Shown: piece by piece, positions 62,522 to 64,000 of the stretch
Layout of the letters: each line of letters begins with the position of its first letter
Numbering within the stretch: position 1 is the first letter of the stretch
From: Torpedo marmorata
Taxonomy: Eukaryota
Direction: 5' to 3'
DNA: 64,000 bases
Assembly: GCA_977017645.1 (NCBI GenBank)
Contig: OZ360239.1
Location: 33,852,001 to 33,916,000 of the forward strand
Translations under genes and position numbers: made by a program
The notes under the pieces: model-generated
Database searches by the model: none
Seen by the model: the letters and a program-made list of their open reading frames with translations, nothing else
What the model was told of the DNA's origin: nothing

Positions 62522-63722
62522 TACAATACACAAAAGTGCTGGAGAAAATCAGCAGGTCAAGCAGCATCTATAGGAAGTAAAGGATAACCAATGTTTCGGG
62601 TCTGAGCCCTTTGTCAAGGTATGAGGAAAATACAGGCAGCTGCCTGAATAAAAAGGTGAGAGGGTTGGTGGAGAAGAAAGGAGGGAGGAAGGGGCAGGGG
62701 GAGGAGTACAGGTCATAGGTGGATAGAGGTGGGAGGACAGAAGAGAAAAAAAATCTGAGGTGATGGGAAGGGAGTATCTGTGAATACAGAGATATGGAAA
62801 GGGGGTGAGGGCTGGAGGAAAGGAGACAGATAGGGAAAGGGAGAGACTCAGGGGAGGGGTTTAACGAAAATTGGAGGTCGATGTTAATGCCGTCTGCTTG
62901 GAGAGTGCCCAGATGGAATATTAGGTGTTGTTCCTCCAATTTGCGGGTGGCCTTGGTTTGCAAGTTCATGACGCCATGATCTGCCAACCTGTTGGTATGG
63001 GAATGGTGTGTGGAATTTAAATGGTTGGCTACTGGGAGGTCCCAATTTTTGCAGTGGACAGAGGGAAGGTGCTCAACGAAACAGTCTTCCATTCTGCGTC
63101 CAGTCTCTCCGATGTAGAGGAGGCCACAACGGGAGCATCGGCTGCAGTAGGTGGCGCCTGCAAATTCACAATGGAAGGGTTACTTCACTTGGAAGGATTG
63201 TTTGGGGCCTCGATTGGTGGTGAGGAATGAGGTGTGGGCACAGTGTAGCATTTCTTGAGATCACAGGGGTAGGTACCAAGGGGGGATTAGTGGGAAGGGA
63301 TGAGTAATTGAGGGAGTCTTTGTGGGAGTGGTCCCTGAAGAAAGAGGAGAAGGGTGGAGATGGGAAGATGTTTCTGATGGTGCGATCACATTGTGGATGG
63401 CAGAAATTGCAGAGGATAGTATGTTGTAAGGTGAGGAAAAGGTGAATCCCGTCCTTTTTGCATCTCGGGGCGGAAGGATCCAGAGCAGATTTGAGGGAAA
63501 TAGAGAAGATTTAGATAACTGCTGATATGATGGCAGAAGAGTGGAAGCAACATTTTTGATGAAGGAGGACACCTCGGATGTTCTGAAATGGAAGATATCA
63601 TCCTGGGAGCATTCATGACGGAGACAGATAAAAGAATAAGATGCTTACCGGAGACAGTGTGTGAAGTGGTTGACTTGAGGTAACTGTAGGAATTGGTCGG
63701 TTTTATAGGTGTATGTGAGTTT
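62522..63722 (-). mobile_element. Penelope-like remnant in unit 10 (more diverged)
   Basis: ORF 62568-63092; many private substitutions after ~63100. Confidence 0.85.
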
Positions 63723-63738
63723 ATTTTTTTGTATTATG

Positions 63739-64000
63739 TGTTATGGACCATGACTGACCATTTGGACTGCGGACGGTCAGCAGGAAGGATGAAGTCTTTT
63801 GGAGTACACACTGGGGCCAGGTACTGAAAAAGTTAACTTCCCCAGGACTTGGTGTACCCAGAGAGAGAGAGAGAGAGAGAGCAGAGGGAGACAGACTGTG
63901 GAAAAGATACATTGTTGCACTTTTTCAAAAAGCAGGGGCAGATCTCTGCAAAGCAAACAGTTGTGAGTTGCAAAGGCTACAGGACACAGCCAAATCCAGG
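63739..64000. mobile_element. Candidate LTR-type insertion interrupting unit 10
   Basis: Homology to the unit stops after gtattatg and new sequence begins TGTTATGG, with an internal (GA)n tract; the other end is not visible. Confidence 0.4.

Larger units (their letters stand above)
23020..63738 (+). repeat. Tandem array of ~4.19 kb units, ~10 copies, one CUB domain each
   Basis: N-half exon spacings are 4540, 4186, 4196, 4180, 4185, 4186, 4183, 4195 and 4187 bp; introns are highly similar between copies. Confidence 0.97.

Noticed and set aside
23020-63738. Array as CRISPR-like, or as V(D)J/VLR-type rearranging cassettes
   Set aside because: No short repeat-spacer structure, I noticed no RSS heptamer-nonamer pairs at exon borders, and the units are near-identical with normal splice sites.

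Overview
Eukaryotic, AT-rich, transposon-littered DNA. The repeat content (V-SINEs, Penelope remnants, Rex1/Babar, L1/Tx1, Chapaev3) suggests a cartilaginous fish; this is an inference. Almost the whole window is one + strand, multi-exon gene for a modular extracellular protein that the ORF track largely misses. I read 41 GT-AG exons (about 4.9 kb, about 1,635 aa, open throughout). They encode 7 somatomedin-B (SMB)-like Cys-rich modules joined by 12-30 nt micro-exons, most of them Thr-rich (3.9-18.1 kb), followed by at least 11 CUB domains of two exons each (19.4-61.6 kb; the 11th is incomplete in the window). The product looks DMBT1/CUZD1/uromodulin-like, but the first exon and the C-terminus cannot be placed. 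The domain repeats were built by two separate genomic tandem amplifications: a ~1.03 kb SMB unit (x~4) and a ~4.19 kb CUB unit (x~10, 23.0-63.7 kb). Each CUB unit also carries an antisense Penelope remnant with a hammerhead-like motif, a V-SINE (units 1-9) and an ~80 bp hairpin. The CUB units are mosaics of one another, and their coding indels are in frame. Most other ORFs in the track are transposon fragments or shadow ORFs.
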